43,223 nucleotides of DNA from Eubacteriales bacterium (GTDB lineage Bacteria > Bacillota > Clostridia > Oscillospirales > SIG627). Location of the stretch: assembly GCA_045601445.1 (NCBI GenBank), contig JAZRZQ010000065.1, positions 1 to 43,223 of the forward strand. The letters run 5' to 3'. The translations under genes and the position numbers were made by a program. The notes beneath the pieces were generated by a model. That model was not told the origin of the DNA. It saw only the letters and a list, made by a program, of their open reading frames with translations, and ran no database searches. Each line of letters begins with the position of its first letter. Position 1 is the stretch's first letter. Below, in pieces: positions 35,809 through 43,223 of this stretch.

Positions 35809-35839
35809 GAAAGAAAAAAGAAGTGGATTGAGTTGTGAT

Positions 35840-36256
35840 ATGATTATTTTGGGTATTGATTTCGGAGACAAGCGGATGGGCGCGGCGATCTGCGATCGTG
35901 AAGAGAAGCTTGCTGTCAGCATCTCTACGGTACAGGTTCGCGGTGCGAGGGATGCTGCTGAAAAGGCAGCTGCTCTTGCATCGGAGCGTTCGGCGGAAAT
36001 GATCGTTGTCGGCATGCCTGAGAGAGCCGATGGCTTTCGCGGGGAGCGATGTGAAAAAACGGAGGTGTTTCTTTCGTTCCTTCGCAATCTTGTCACCGTT
36101 CCGATTGTGACGGTTGGAGAGCGTTACACAACCGTCCAGGCTCATTTAATGCTTTATGAGACGGGGCTGGGCGGAAGAAAGCACGTTCAGTGCGTTGATG
36201 CTCTATCTGCTCAATTGATTTTGCAGTCTTATCTCGATCAGAAGCGGCAGAACTGA
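35840..36256 (+). CDS. ruvX: Holliday junction resolvase-like RuvX (YqgF)
   Basis: MIILGIDFGDKRMGAAICD N-terminus and DERYTT-like GERYTTVQA. Start moved from 35774 to ATG 35840. Confidence 0.85.
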   Translation: MIILGIDFGDKRMGAAICDREEKLAVSISTVQVRGARDAAEKAAALASERSAEMIVVGMPERADGFRGERCEKTEVFLSFLRNLVTVPIVTVGERYTTVQAHLMLYETGLGGRKHVQCVDALSAQLILQSYLDQKRQN

Positions 36257-36294
36257 AAAAAGAGACGAATCCGAGCGGATTCGCCTCTTTTTTC
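36255..36294. terminator. bidirectional intrinsic terminator between convergent genes
   Basis: About 12-bp stem AGAGACGAATCC/GGATTCGCCTCT (one mismatch), with an A6 run before it and a T6 run after it. Confidence 0.8.
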
Positions 36295-36316
36295 ATATGA
36301 TATGAATCTGGAATGA

Positions 36317-37651
36317 TTATAAGGTTTTTAGAATACTGATCGCACCGTCAGTAATAATCTTTGCACAGTTCGGCGCAAAGATAGAAGCCTTTCTTTCATA
36401 GCCGTCTTCGGAGAAGGCTTCCGCGGAAGGATAGTAAGCGTTTTCCTCGCCGCCGTTGGAGCAGGAGGTAACGAATGTGGTGTCGAAATTACTTGCGTTC
36501 TTAATATCCATACCGATAGATTGGAAAGGTTCGCCGGGGATGCCGACAAAGACCAGCTCGCCGATCTTCAAAGCGGTGATGTTGAGCTGATAGAAGTCGG
36601 GGTGGTCAAGCGTTTCAACGATGCGAACCGCCTCTACATTTGAAATCGGATAATCCTTAAGCTCGGGAGCCTTGCTTCCTTTTTCCAGATAGATCTGATA
36701 CATTTCTTTGGCAACGGGAAGCATTTCGGGGGCAAAGCTTGCCTTTGCAATTTGGACTTCGGTCGAAGCAACGTTGATCTCATCAAAGGCAAGATCGTGA
36801 GCATCGTCGTAGAGCTTTAAGACCTCGCCGGCAAGAATGCGTCCCATTCTCTGCGCAACGGGAACGCCCTTTTTCCACGGAGTTTCCTTCGGAAGAAAGG
36901 GATTTCTGTGGTTTGAATCTCCTTCTGCACCGTTGAAGAAGATAACTTCTTTTTCACCGAGAAAGGCACCCTTCAAATACTCGGTCATATAGCCGGAGTA
37001 ATCAGCGCAGAATTTGTTGCCGCCGATTACGTCAGCGTGCGTGCCGAAATTGACAAGGATGATTTCCTTGGCTTCTTCGCGGATGACTCGAACGATCTGA
37101 ACGGAGTCGTCGTGCTCGCTCTCAAAACGAAGGATGTCGGGATTTCCGAAGGACGGGTTCGTTTTGACCGTTCCGTCCTTCATACGGCAACGGCGGATAA
37201 ATCCGACGCCCTTTGCTTCTCCCTTCGCGGCTTTTAAAGTCGCGGGTTTCAAGTCCTCAATGGCAAAGATTGCGCTGTCGCGGCACTGTTGAAAGAGTCT
37301 TTGCATATAAATGCGCGCAAGCTCCGAATTGGTTTGATCGGGAGCAACCAGACGGAAAGAGGTGTGGGAGTGATTGGCGGAGATGTAAATGTATCTTTCG
37401 TCGATTCCGCACGCATCAGCGATCATTTTTCTTAGTTCATAGTATCCTTTGGTTCGAATGCTGATGCATTCAACGCTGATAAACACGGCAGTTTTGCCGT
37501 TTGAGCGGAACGCGATCGTGCGAATATGCAAATCATTGATGATGCCGTCGGCGGGGCGTACGGAATAGTACCCCGGAATGTTGAATCCAAGCGGCGGGGT
37601 GATGACGTCTTCGGCATACCCTGCAAAAAGCTGATTTTGATTTTGATCCAT
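36317..37651 (-). CDS. neutral/alkaline ceramidase-N-terminal-domain-like hydrolase (function uncertain)
   Basis: ITPPLGFNIPGYY and SANHSHTS resemble the neutral ceramidase family from recall. Start set at ATG 37651 after AAGGAG. Confidence 0.6.
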   Translation of the reverse strand: MDQNQNQLFAGYAEDVITPPLGFNIPGYYSVRPADGIINDLHIRTIAFRSNGKTAVFISVECISIRTKGYYELRKMIADACGIDERYIYISANHSHTSFRLVAPDQTNSELARIYMQRLFQQCRDSAIFAIEDLKPATLKAAKGEAKGVGFIRRCRMKDGTVKTNPSFGNPDILRFESEHDDSVQIVRVIREEAKEIILVNFGTHADVIGGNKFCADYSGYMTEYLKGAFLGEKEVIFFNGAEGDSNHRNPFLPKETPWKKGVPVAQRMGRILAGEVLKLYDDAHDLAFDEINVASTEVQIAKASFAPEMLPVAKEMYQIYLEKGSKAPELKDYPISNVEAVRIVETLDHPDFYQLNITALKIGELVFVGIPGEPFQSIGMDIKNASNFDTTFVTSCSNGGEENAYYPSAEAFSEDGYERKASIFAPNCAKIITDGAISILKTL

Positions 37652-37866
37652 AATGTCAACTCCTTTTTTTATTGATTTCATTTTATCACATTTTCCGACC
37701 ATTTCCATAAAAATGGAAAGATTTTATTCGTTTCATTTAAAAAGTCCATCAAAATTTAAATTTGAAAGCCAAGCCGACGCATTTGCATTTTTTTTTACAA
37801 AAGTTATTAACAAATTGCATTTGATATGTTATAATATGAAAACTTAATACGCAAAGAGGTATAATT

Positions 37867-38454
37867 ATGAAACCGATCTTTCGCAGTGCTATGTTTGGAT
37901 TTAATAAGGCCGACGTGGTTGCATTTGTTGCCAAGCAGAGTAAGCAGTATGAAAATAGAATTGCTGAACTCGAGGAAGAGCTCGAACGGCAAAACAGGGA
38001 ACACACAGCAGAGATGGATCGCTTTAAGTCCGACCGAGATGCTTTGGATTCCCTTCGAGCCCGTTCCTTGCAGTCGGCAGATACCGCGAAGAGAATCGAG
38101 GTGCTGTCCGAGTCGATTCTTTCCCGTTTTGATTCTTTGGAGCAGTGCAGTGAGCTTTGCGGAAATGATCGCATTCAACTCCGCGATGGGATTTTAACCC
38201 TTCAGACGGCCCTTAAGGACGCCCTTTCTTTCCGCGAAAAGGCTGAAAAGTTTGACCGACTTGCCGGCGTCTTGTCTTCCATCGTCTCGGGAAGGGAAGA
38301 GAATCTCACCGTCTCCTCTCAGTCTTCGGTCGACCCGACGGTCAGCATCCCCTCAGAGCAGAATTTTGATCGACAAGACGAGCTTTTGAAGGAACTTTTT
38401 GATTCCTTGAGGGAGCTCTGCGGCCTTTTGAAGGAGCTGGATCTGTTGCAATGA
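37867..38454 (+). CDS. DivIVA-domain-like coiled-coil protein
   Basis: The N-terminus FRSAMFGFNKADVVAFV resembles the DivIVA/GpsB head, followed by a heptad-rich coiled coil. AGAGG RBS. Confidence 0.6.
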   Translation: MKPIFRSAMFGFNKADVVAFVAKQSKQYENRIAELEEELERQNREHTAEMDRFKSDRDALDSLRARSLQSADTAKRIEVLSESILSRFDSLEQCSELCGNDRIQLRDGILTLQTALKDALSFREKAEKFDRLAGVLSSIVSGREENLTVSSQSSVDPTVSIPSEQNFDRQDELLKELFDSLRELCGLLKELDLLQ

Positions 38455-39179
38455 AAAAGGTTTTGATTACCGGTGGCACGAGAGGCATCGGAAGAGCTAT
38501 GGTCGAGCGCTTTGCCCGTAACGGATGGGAAGTGGCGTTTACGTATTGTTCGTCCGAAGCCTCGGCTCAGCAGCTTTGCGAGCGCTTTTCGCATTTGACT
38601 CGCATGGCGGCGTTTCAATGCGATTTTTCGCACATTGAGTCCGCCAACCGTTTGGCAGATTCTGTTCTTGATAAATTCGGTACGATCGATGCTTTAATCA
38701 ACAATGCCGCAATCTCGTCCTACGGGCTTTTTCAGGATCTCGGGGAGGATGAGATTGATCGACTTTTAAACGTGAACGTAAAAAGCCTGATCCTTTTAAC
38801 GAAGAGGATCGTTCCTTCTATGATCTCAAAGCACTCCGGTACGATCATCAATTTATCTTCTGTTTGGGGGCAGACCGGAGCTTCTTGCGAGGTGCTGTAT
38901 TCTATGTCCAAGGCAGCGGTCATCGGTTTTACAAAAGCCTTGGCCAAGGAGCTTGCTCCGAGCGGGGTATGTGTGAATTGTATTGCGCCCGGCGTCGTTG
39001 ATACGGATATGCTGTCAAAGTTTTCCGAGGAAGAAAAAGAGGCTATGCGCTCGGAGCTGCCTCATGGTGAATTTTCTGCGCCGTCTGACATTGCCGAGCT
39101 TGCTCTCTTCCTTGCAGAGAATCGTATTCCGTCCTTACTTGGACAAGTGATTGCCGTGAACGGAGGGATGTATTGTTGA
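38451..39179 (+). CDS. SDR-family oxidoreductase (FabG-like 3-oxoacyl reductase fold)
   Basis: TGGTRGIGRA, NNAA and catalytic YSMSKAA motifs. The ATG overlaps the upstream TGA (ATGA). Confidence 0.88.
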   Translation: MKKVLITGGTRGIGRAMVERFARNGWEVAFTYCSSEASAQQLCERFSHLTRMAAFQCDFSHIESANRLADSVLDKFGTIDALINNAAISSYGLFQDLGEDEIDRLLNVNVKSLILLTKRIVPSMISKHSGTIINLSSVWGQTGASCEVLYSMSKAAVIGFTKALAKELAPSGVCVNCIAPGVVDTDMLSKFSEEEKEAMRSELPHGEFSAPSDIAELALFLAENRIPSLLGQVIAVNGGMYC

Positions 39180-39928
39180 TTTTCGAAACGAATCGTTTGA
39201 TTGAAATGCTCCAAAACGGGGAATATGATGTTGCCTATTCTTTAATGAATGAAATGATGGATGCCGCCGAGCAGACGTTCATTGAGCAGCTTACCGTCCG
39301 GTCTGCGACGGATCTTGTCGCACTTGCGGTTTTGTACTGTCAGTTTGCTTCCAAGGAAAAAAAGCCATGGAAATCGTTACGTGCTCTCGGACGGATCGGC
39401 GCGGCCACTCGCTATCTCGATCAATATATGTCCGACCGAGCGATGCTTTCGTCTACGCTTCATACCATTGCGCTCGCGTATGCTTATGCCAACTGTTGGA
39501 AGGAAGCGGCTGTTTTTGAGCAAAAATCCTTGTTTGAACCGAATGAAATGAAGGATACGGATGAATTCGGCGATCGATTTTATCATTGCGTCTTTTGGTA
39601 TTCTATGGCCGATTCATCCGCTCCCGATGAATTAAAGTCGCTTGCTGACCAAGTCCTCGGAAAATTGAAGGCAGCGGAGCTGTTTTCCCAAGCGTGTGAC
39701 GATGCCGATCATTCCATTGTCACCGATCCGATCGAAAACAGCGATGATTATCGTGCCATTCGATATGAACTGGAAAGGGAAGTTGATCTGGCTCTGTCAA
39801 AGTCCTCCGATTCGAATAAGCCGTATTGTCTTCGCTATTGGGACGAGAAAAAGCGTATCTTATCCGATCGATTCAATCTATCCTGGAAATCCCCCGAAGA
39901 GCTAAATCCGAATATCCGTTTTCAATGA
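39173..39928 (+). CDS. hypothetical alpha-helical protein (251 aa)
   Basis: TTG start 5 nt after GGAGGG, overlapping the SDR stop. The C-terminal segment YCLRYWDEKKRILSDRFNLSWKSPEELNPNIRF looks like a conserved module that I cannot name. Confidence 0.6.
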   Translation: MLIFETNRLIEMLQNGEYDVAYSLMNEMMDAAEQTFIEQLTVRSATDLVALAVLYCQFASKEKKPWKSLRALGRIGAATRYLDQYMSDRAMLSSTLHTIALAYAYANCWKEAAVFEQKSLFEPNEMKDTDEFGDRFYHCVFWYSMADSSAPDELKSLADQVLGKLKAAELFSQACDDADHSIVTDPIENSDDYRAIRYELEREVDLALSKSSDSNKPYCLRYWDEKKRILSDRFNLSWKSPEELNPNIRFQ

Positions 39929-39929
39929 C

Positions 39930-39955
39930 AAAAGGGACGCATAGCGTCCCTTTTC
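39930..39955. terminator. bidirectional intrinsic terminator
   Basis: 7-bp stem GGGACGC/GCGTCCC with AAA before it and TTTT after it. Confidence 0.7.
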
Positions 39956-39959
39956 ACTA

Positions 39960-40235
39960 TTAGCAGCAGGAAGTGCAATCCATACAGAATTTCTGCTTTG
40001 CCTGATCGATCTTTTGCTGCGGGGCGTTTTCCGTTTGATACCAGCCTCGCTTTTCCATTTCCTGAAAAACACGATGCTGCAGAGTGTGCTCCTCGTCCAA
40101 GAGCGACATCATTGCTGTTTTTACGGTTGCATTCTTGGCTTCGGTTGCGTTGGTGTTATAACCCTCTGCAATGAACTTTTGCGTCGAAAGAACGTCGTTC
40201 ATCATTTCCTGATCTTGAAAACAAGTTTTGTTCAT
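39960..40235 (-). CDS. spore coat protein, CotF-like
   Basis: MMNDVLSTQKFIAEGYNTNATEA...LDEEH matches the Coat_F pattern from recall. Start set at ATG 40235 after AAGGAGG. Confidence 0.72.
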   Translation of the reverse strand: MNKTCFQDQEMMNDVLSTQKFIAEGYNTNATEAKNATVKTAMMSLLDEEHTLQHRVFQEMEKRGWYQTENAPQQKIDQAKQKFCMDCTSCC

Positions 40236-40246
40236 CCCGTTCCTCC

Positions 40247-40432
40247 TTATCCCAAAAGAGAATAAAGCTTGTTGTAGTGGTTCTGATGCTGATTTGCCAT
40301 TTCCTCTAACTGATTCTTCAGTGCTTGATCCTGTGTGCATTCGGAAAAATGCTTCAACTTGCAAATCACGGTCTGCTCTGCCTTCAGCTGATCCTCGATG
40401 CCCGAAAGCTCTTTGGTGGTTAAGTTTCCCAT
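40247..40432 (-). CDS. small helical protein that often partners CotF-like genes
   Basis: Size is 61 aa. It sits 11 nt upstream of the CotF-like gene. LTTKELSGIEDQLKAEQ...QHQNHYNKL resembles half of a Coat_F domain. Confidence 0.55.
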   Translation of the reverse strand: MGNLTTKELSGIEDQLKAEQTVICKLKHFSECTQDQALKNQLEEMANQHQNHYNKLYSLLG

Positions 40433-40550
40433 TTTGCGTTTCCTTTCGATGTTAAAATCGTCGGAATACCGACGTGATTATTATGGTTTCTCGAATGACG
40501 ATTATGCAAAAAATGAATGGAATTGCCCACTATTTTTGAGCCCAAATTTC

Positions 40551-40579
40551 TTGACAAATTGTTAACAAAGTGTTATATT
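40551..40579 (+). promoter_or_regulatory. sigma-A promoter TTGACA-17-TATATT with an extended -10 TG, upstream of the DeoR gene
   Basis: Hexamers at 40551-40556 and 40574-40579, with TG at 40571-40572. Confidence 0.55.
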
Positions 40580-40604
40580 ATAACAGAACTTGTTAATTTT
40601 AACA
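40559..40604 (+). promoter_or_regulatory. three TGTTA...TAACA inverted repeats (candidate operator sites)
   Basis: TTGTTAACAA at 40559-40568, TGTTATATTATAACA at 40571-40585, TGTTAATTTTAACA at 40591-40604. The first two overlap the promoter spacer and the -10. Confidence 0.4.
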
Positions 40605-40633
40605 TTTCGATATAAAATTTGAAAGGAAACGAG

Positions 40634-41401
40634 ATGAATTATCCAAGAAGAGTCCTTGTGCGGGAAATTCTTACCTCGAAGCCGTTCACCTCGTTAAAAG
40701 AGCTGGAGGCGCGTTTTCCTGACGTTTCGAGTATGACCTTGCGCAGAGATATCGAGTTCTTTGAACGTCAAGGAGACGTTATCAAGGTGCGAGGCGGTGC
40801 TCGGTCAATGAAGTTTATAACAACTTCTATGGAAGAAAAAATTACCACTCGTGTGACAGAAAATACGTATCCAAAACAAAAAATAGCACAAGAGGCCGCA
40901 AAGTTTATTGAGACTGGTCGAAGTATTTTTTTGGATTCCGGTTCAACGACAATTCAGCTCGCCCCGCTTCTTCCTGCCGGTAGGCTTTCCGTTAACACCA
41001 CCGATCCTACGCTTGCTTTGGAGCTTGTCAAAAAAGAAAACGTTATGGTAAGCCTCGTCGGCGGTCTTCTTAGCAAAGATAACCTCTCGTTATCGGGGAT
41101 GCAGTCCGTCGACTATGTAAACAAAGTAAATATTGATGTTGCGCTTATTTCTCCGTCCGGCTTTTCGCTTAACAATGGTTTTACGAGCGGTAACTACAAT
41201 GAAAGCGAGTTGAAGTCGTCCATTGTAAAAAAAGCCGGCCGCGTTATTATGCTGATCCATTCCTCGAAGATCGGCAAAAGTCTTCCTTATACGTTTTGCG
41301 GTTTAGAACAGGTTGATATTTTGATTACCGATCTGCCGCTGAATGACGACGTCTTGAAGGAGTGTGAGAAGCATTCCATCCAAGTGATCGTAGCCAAATA
41401 A
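40634..41401 (+). CDS. DeoR/GlpR-family transcriptional regulator
   Basis: N-terminal HTH (LKELEARFPDVSSMTLRRDIEFFE) and a DeoR C-terminal sensor domain (IFLDSGSTT). Start set at ATG 40634. Confidence 0.88.
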   Translation: MNYPRRVLVREILTSKPFTSLKELEARFPDVSSMTLRRDIEFFERQGDVIKVRGGARSMKFITTSMEEKITTRVTENTYPKQKIAQEAAKFIETGRSIFLDSGSTTIQLAPLLPAGRLSVNTTDPTLALELVKKENVMVSLVGGLLSKDNLSLSGMQSVDYVNKVNIDVALISPSGFSLNNGFTSGNYNESELKSSIVKKAGRVIMLIHSSKIGKSLPYTFCGLEQVDILITDLPLNDDVLKECEKHSIQVIVAK

Positions 41402-41422
41402 AATTTTTATGGAGGTGTTGCT

Positions 41423-42697
41423 ATGGCAACCGCAGTAATTATGCCGCGCCAGGGACAGAGTGTAGAAAGCTGTGTCATTACATCCTGGAGCAAAAAAGTC
41501 GGCGACGAAGTAAAGGTCGGAGACATTCTGTTTTCTTATGAAACCGATAAGTCTTCCTTTGATGAAGAGGCAACCGTCGCCGGAACTCTCCTTGCAATCT
41601 TCCGCGAGGAAGGAGAAGATGTGCCTTGTCTTGAAAACGTTTGCGTGATCGGCAATGCAGGCGAAGACTTTTCTCAATTCGCTCCCAAGGGCGAGGAAGC
41701 TCCCGCCGCTGCTCCTGCCGCTCAACCTGCCGCACCCGAGGCCCCTGCTGCTCAGGAATTTTCCGCGCCCGTTGCCGCATCTACCGCCGCTTCCGGTGGA
41801 GACAAAATTTCTCCCAGAGCAAGAGCCTTGGCTGATAAGACTGACGTTGATCTTTCCCGTGTTGTTCCCACGGGTCCCGAGGGCCGTATCATCGAGAGAG
41901 ATATTCAGGCCGCTCTGGATCAGGGCTTCCTGAAGGGCGCCGTTGCTTCCGAAACTGCTGCTCCTGAAGCTGCTGCTCCTGCCGCAGCCGTTGACGCCGG
42001 CGAGTATGAGGACGTTAAGCTTTCCAACGTGAGAAAGGTCATCGCAAAGTCGATGCATGCTTCGCTCTCCAATTCTGCACAGCTCACGCTCAACGCTTCT
42101 TTTGATGCGACGAAGATTATGGCATACCGCTCTTCCTTGAAGGCGAGTGCCGAGGCAATGGGGCTGCCTAATATCACCCTCAATGATATCGTTCTTTATG
42201 CCGTATCGAGAACCCTCCTCAATCACGCCGATCTCAACGCCCACTTCCTTGATGATAAGATGCGTCTGTTTAAGCACGTCAATCTCGGCATCGCCGTTGA
42301 TACTGAGCGCGGACTTCTTGTTCCCACCCTTCCTTTGGCCGAAACCCTTTCGCTGGATGCTCTGGCTCGTCAGTCCAAGGCCATTATTGCCGAAGCTCAA
42401 AGCGGAAAGATCAGCCCTGATAAGCTCTCCGGCGCCAGCTTTACCGTAACAAACCTCGGTTCGATGGGCATTGAAAGCTTTACCCCTGTTATCAATCCTC
42501 CTCAGACCGGAATTCTCGGCGTTTGCACGATCGTCAACCGCGTGAAGAAGAATGCCGCCGGTGAACTTGTGACTTATCCCGCTATGGGCCTTTCTCTCAC
42601 CTTCGATCACAGAGCGATTGACGGTGCGCCTGCGGCTAAGTTCTTGAAGGAGCTTTGCAACAATCTGGAGCATTTTGATCTTTTGCTTGCCAAATAA
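41423..42697 (+). CDS. dihydrolipoamide acyltransferase (E2 of a 2-oxoacid/acetoin dehydrogenase complex)
   Basis: Lipoyl motif ETDKSSF, Ala/Pro linkers, PSBD ISPRARALA...GPEGRIIERDI, and catalytic DHRAIDG. Confidence 0.92.
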   Translation: MATAVIMPRQGQSVESCVITSWSKKVGDEVKVGDILFSYETDKSSFDEEATVAGTLLAIFREEGEDVPCLENVCVIGNAGEDFSQFAPKGEEAPAAAPAAQPAAPEAPAAQEFSAPVAASTAASGGDKISPRARALADKTDVDLSRVVPTGPEGRIIERDIQAALDQGFLKGAVASETAAPEAAAPAAAVDAGEYEDVKLSNVRKVIAKSMHASLSNSAQLTLNASFDATKIMAYRSSLKASAEAMGLPNITLNDIVLYAVSRTLLNHADLNAHFLDDKMRLFKHVNLGIAVDTERGLLVPTLPLAETLSLDALARQSKAIIAEAQSGKISPDKLSGASFTVTNLGSMGIESFTPVINPPQTGILGVCTIVNRVKKNAAGELVTYPAMGLSLTFDHRAIDGAPAAKFLKELCNNLEHFDLLLAK

Positions 42698-42714
42698 GTT
42701 AGGAGATAACTACT

Positions 42715-43223
42715 ATGTATGATTTGATTGTGATTGGTGGCGGCCCTGCCGGCTATAACGCGGCAGAGCGTGCTGCAGAAAAAGGTCTCAAGACCTGTGT
42801 TGTTGAAGAGAGAGCACTTGGTGGGACTTGCTTGAACGAAGGTTGTATTCCGACCAAAACCCTGCTTTACTCTGCTAAAATTTACGATTATGCCAAGCAT
42901 TGTGAGGATTACGGCGTTTCCTTTGACGGCGCCAAGATCGACCACGCCAAGATCATTGATCGCAAGAACAAGGTTGTGAAGACCTTGGTCGGCGGCGTCG
43001 GAATGAAGATGAAGAAGGGCGGAATCGAAGTGATCTCCGCTACTGCAAAGATCCTTGGTAAGACGTCCGATGGCTTTTCTGTCGCAGCAGGAGAAAAAAC
43101 GATCGAGGGCAAGCGTCTTTTGATCTGCGCGGGCTCCGAAGCGACTCTTCCGCCCATTGATGGCCTGAAGGATTCTCTTGCCAACGGATTTGCTCTCACA
43201 AACCGTGAGATTTTGGATATGAA
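42715..43223 (+). CDS. lpdA: dihydrolipoyl dehydrogenase (E3), with the 5' part only; it runs off the window
   Basis: MYDLIVIGGGPAGY FAD motif and redox-active disulfide GGTCLNEGCIPTK. AGGAG RBS. The frame is open to the window end. Confidence 0.9.
   Translation, partial: MYDLIVIGGGPAGYNAAERAAEKGLKTCVVEERALGGTCLNEGCIPTKTLLYSAKIYDYAKHCEDYGVSFDGAKIDHAKIIDRKNKVVKTLVGGVGMKMKKGGIEVISATAKILGKTSDGFSVAAGEKTIEGKRLLICAGSEATLPPIDGLKDSLANGFALTNREILDM

Noticed and set aside
37695-37725. Hairpin TTTCCAT-AAAA-ATGGAAA and nearby AAATTTAAATTT palindrome in the 215-nt divergent intergenic region
   Set aside because: These are short AT-rich palindromes expected by chance in an AT-rich promoter region. No T-tract or conserved motif gives them a specific role.
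40433-40520. Possible sporulation-sigma (sigma-K/E-like CATA...TA) promoter upstream of the CotF-like genes
   Set aside because: CATAAT-containing strings are present, but none matches the consensus spacing convincingly by eye. I cannot support a call without a position weight matrix scan.
41303-42673. 456-aa ORF on the - strand
   Set aside because: It is antisense to the well-supported E2 acyltransferase gene. The product is Gly/Arg/Ser-rich with no motifs, and the ORF overlaps the DeoR 3' end.
1-43223. Search for CRISPR arrays, transposases, integrases, prophage or toxin-antitoxin modules, including an island at the tRNA-Ser 3' side
   Set aside because: I saw no regularly spaced direct repeats with unique spacers and no recombinase- or transposase-like ORFs. 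The genes flanking the tRNA are ordinary metabolic or membrane genes.

Overview
The window looks like a chromosomal core region of a spore-forming Firmicute, probably class Clostridia. That assignment is an inference from gene content: YlmC/YmxH, CotF-like coat proteins, DUF421/DUF4363, NusG-II/Gx pair, and scr-dnaX-ybaB-recR synteny as in Bacillus. It is densely coding with mostly housekeeping genes: rqcH, tsaE/tsaB, rpiB, SRP RNA, dnaX-ybaB-recR, thyA-folA, ygiQ, maf, pcrA, yajC, ruvX, and a DeoR-E2-E3 cluster. One tRNA-Ser(GGA) is present. I found no CRISPR array, transposase, integrase or phage genes. Many ORF-track starts were moved to downstream ATGs with better Shine-Dalgarno spacing. 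The most unusual stretch is the 378-nt non-coding gap 34029-34406 next to tRNA-Ser. It holds seven consecutive mini-hairpins built from a conserved 9-mer (GATGAAATC, then its reverse complement), with an orientation flip in the middle and a strong terminator at the end. No listed feature explains it. Secondary observations:
- A predicted four-gene operon joins a stand-alone E2/CAT-like acyltransferase (catalytic His replaced by Glu), an adenylate-forming ligase, and a minimal SufC/SufB-like pair.
- A solitary, degenerate SecD-like membrane protein.
- A 24-bp coding tandem repeat whose variation is only synonymous.
- A translationally coupled coiled-coil/SDR/unknown operon.
- An E2-E3 pair with no visible E1, behind a triple-palindrome operator.

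All functional calls rest on motifs read by eye and recalled family knowledge. No database search was run.
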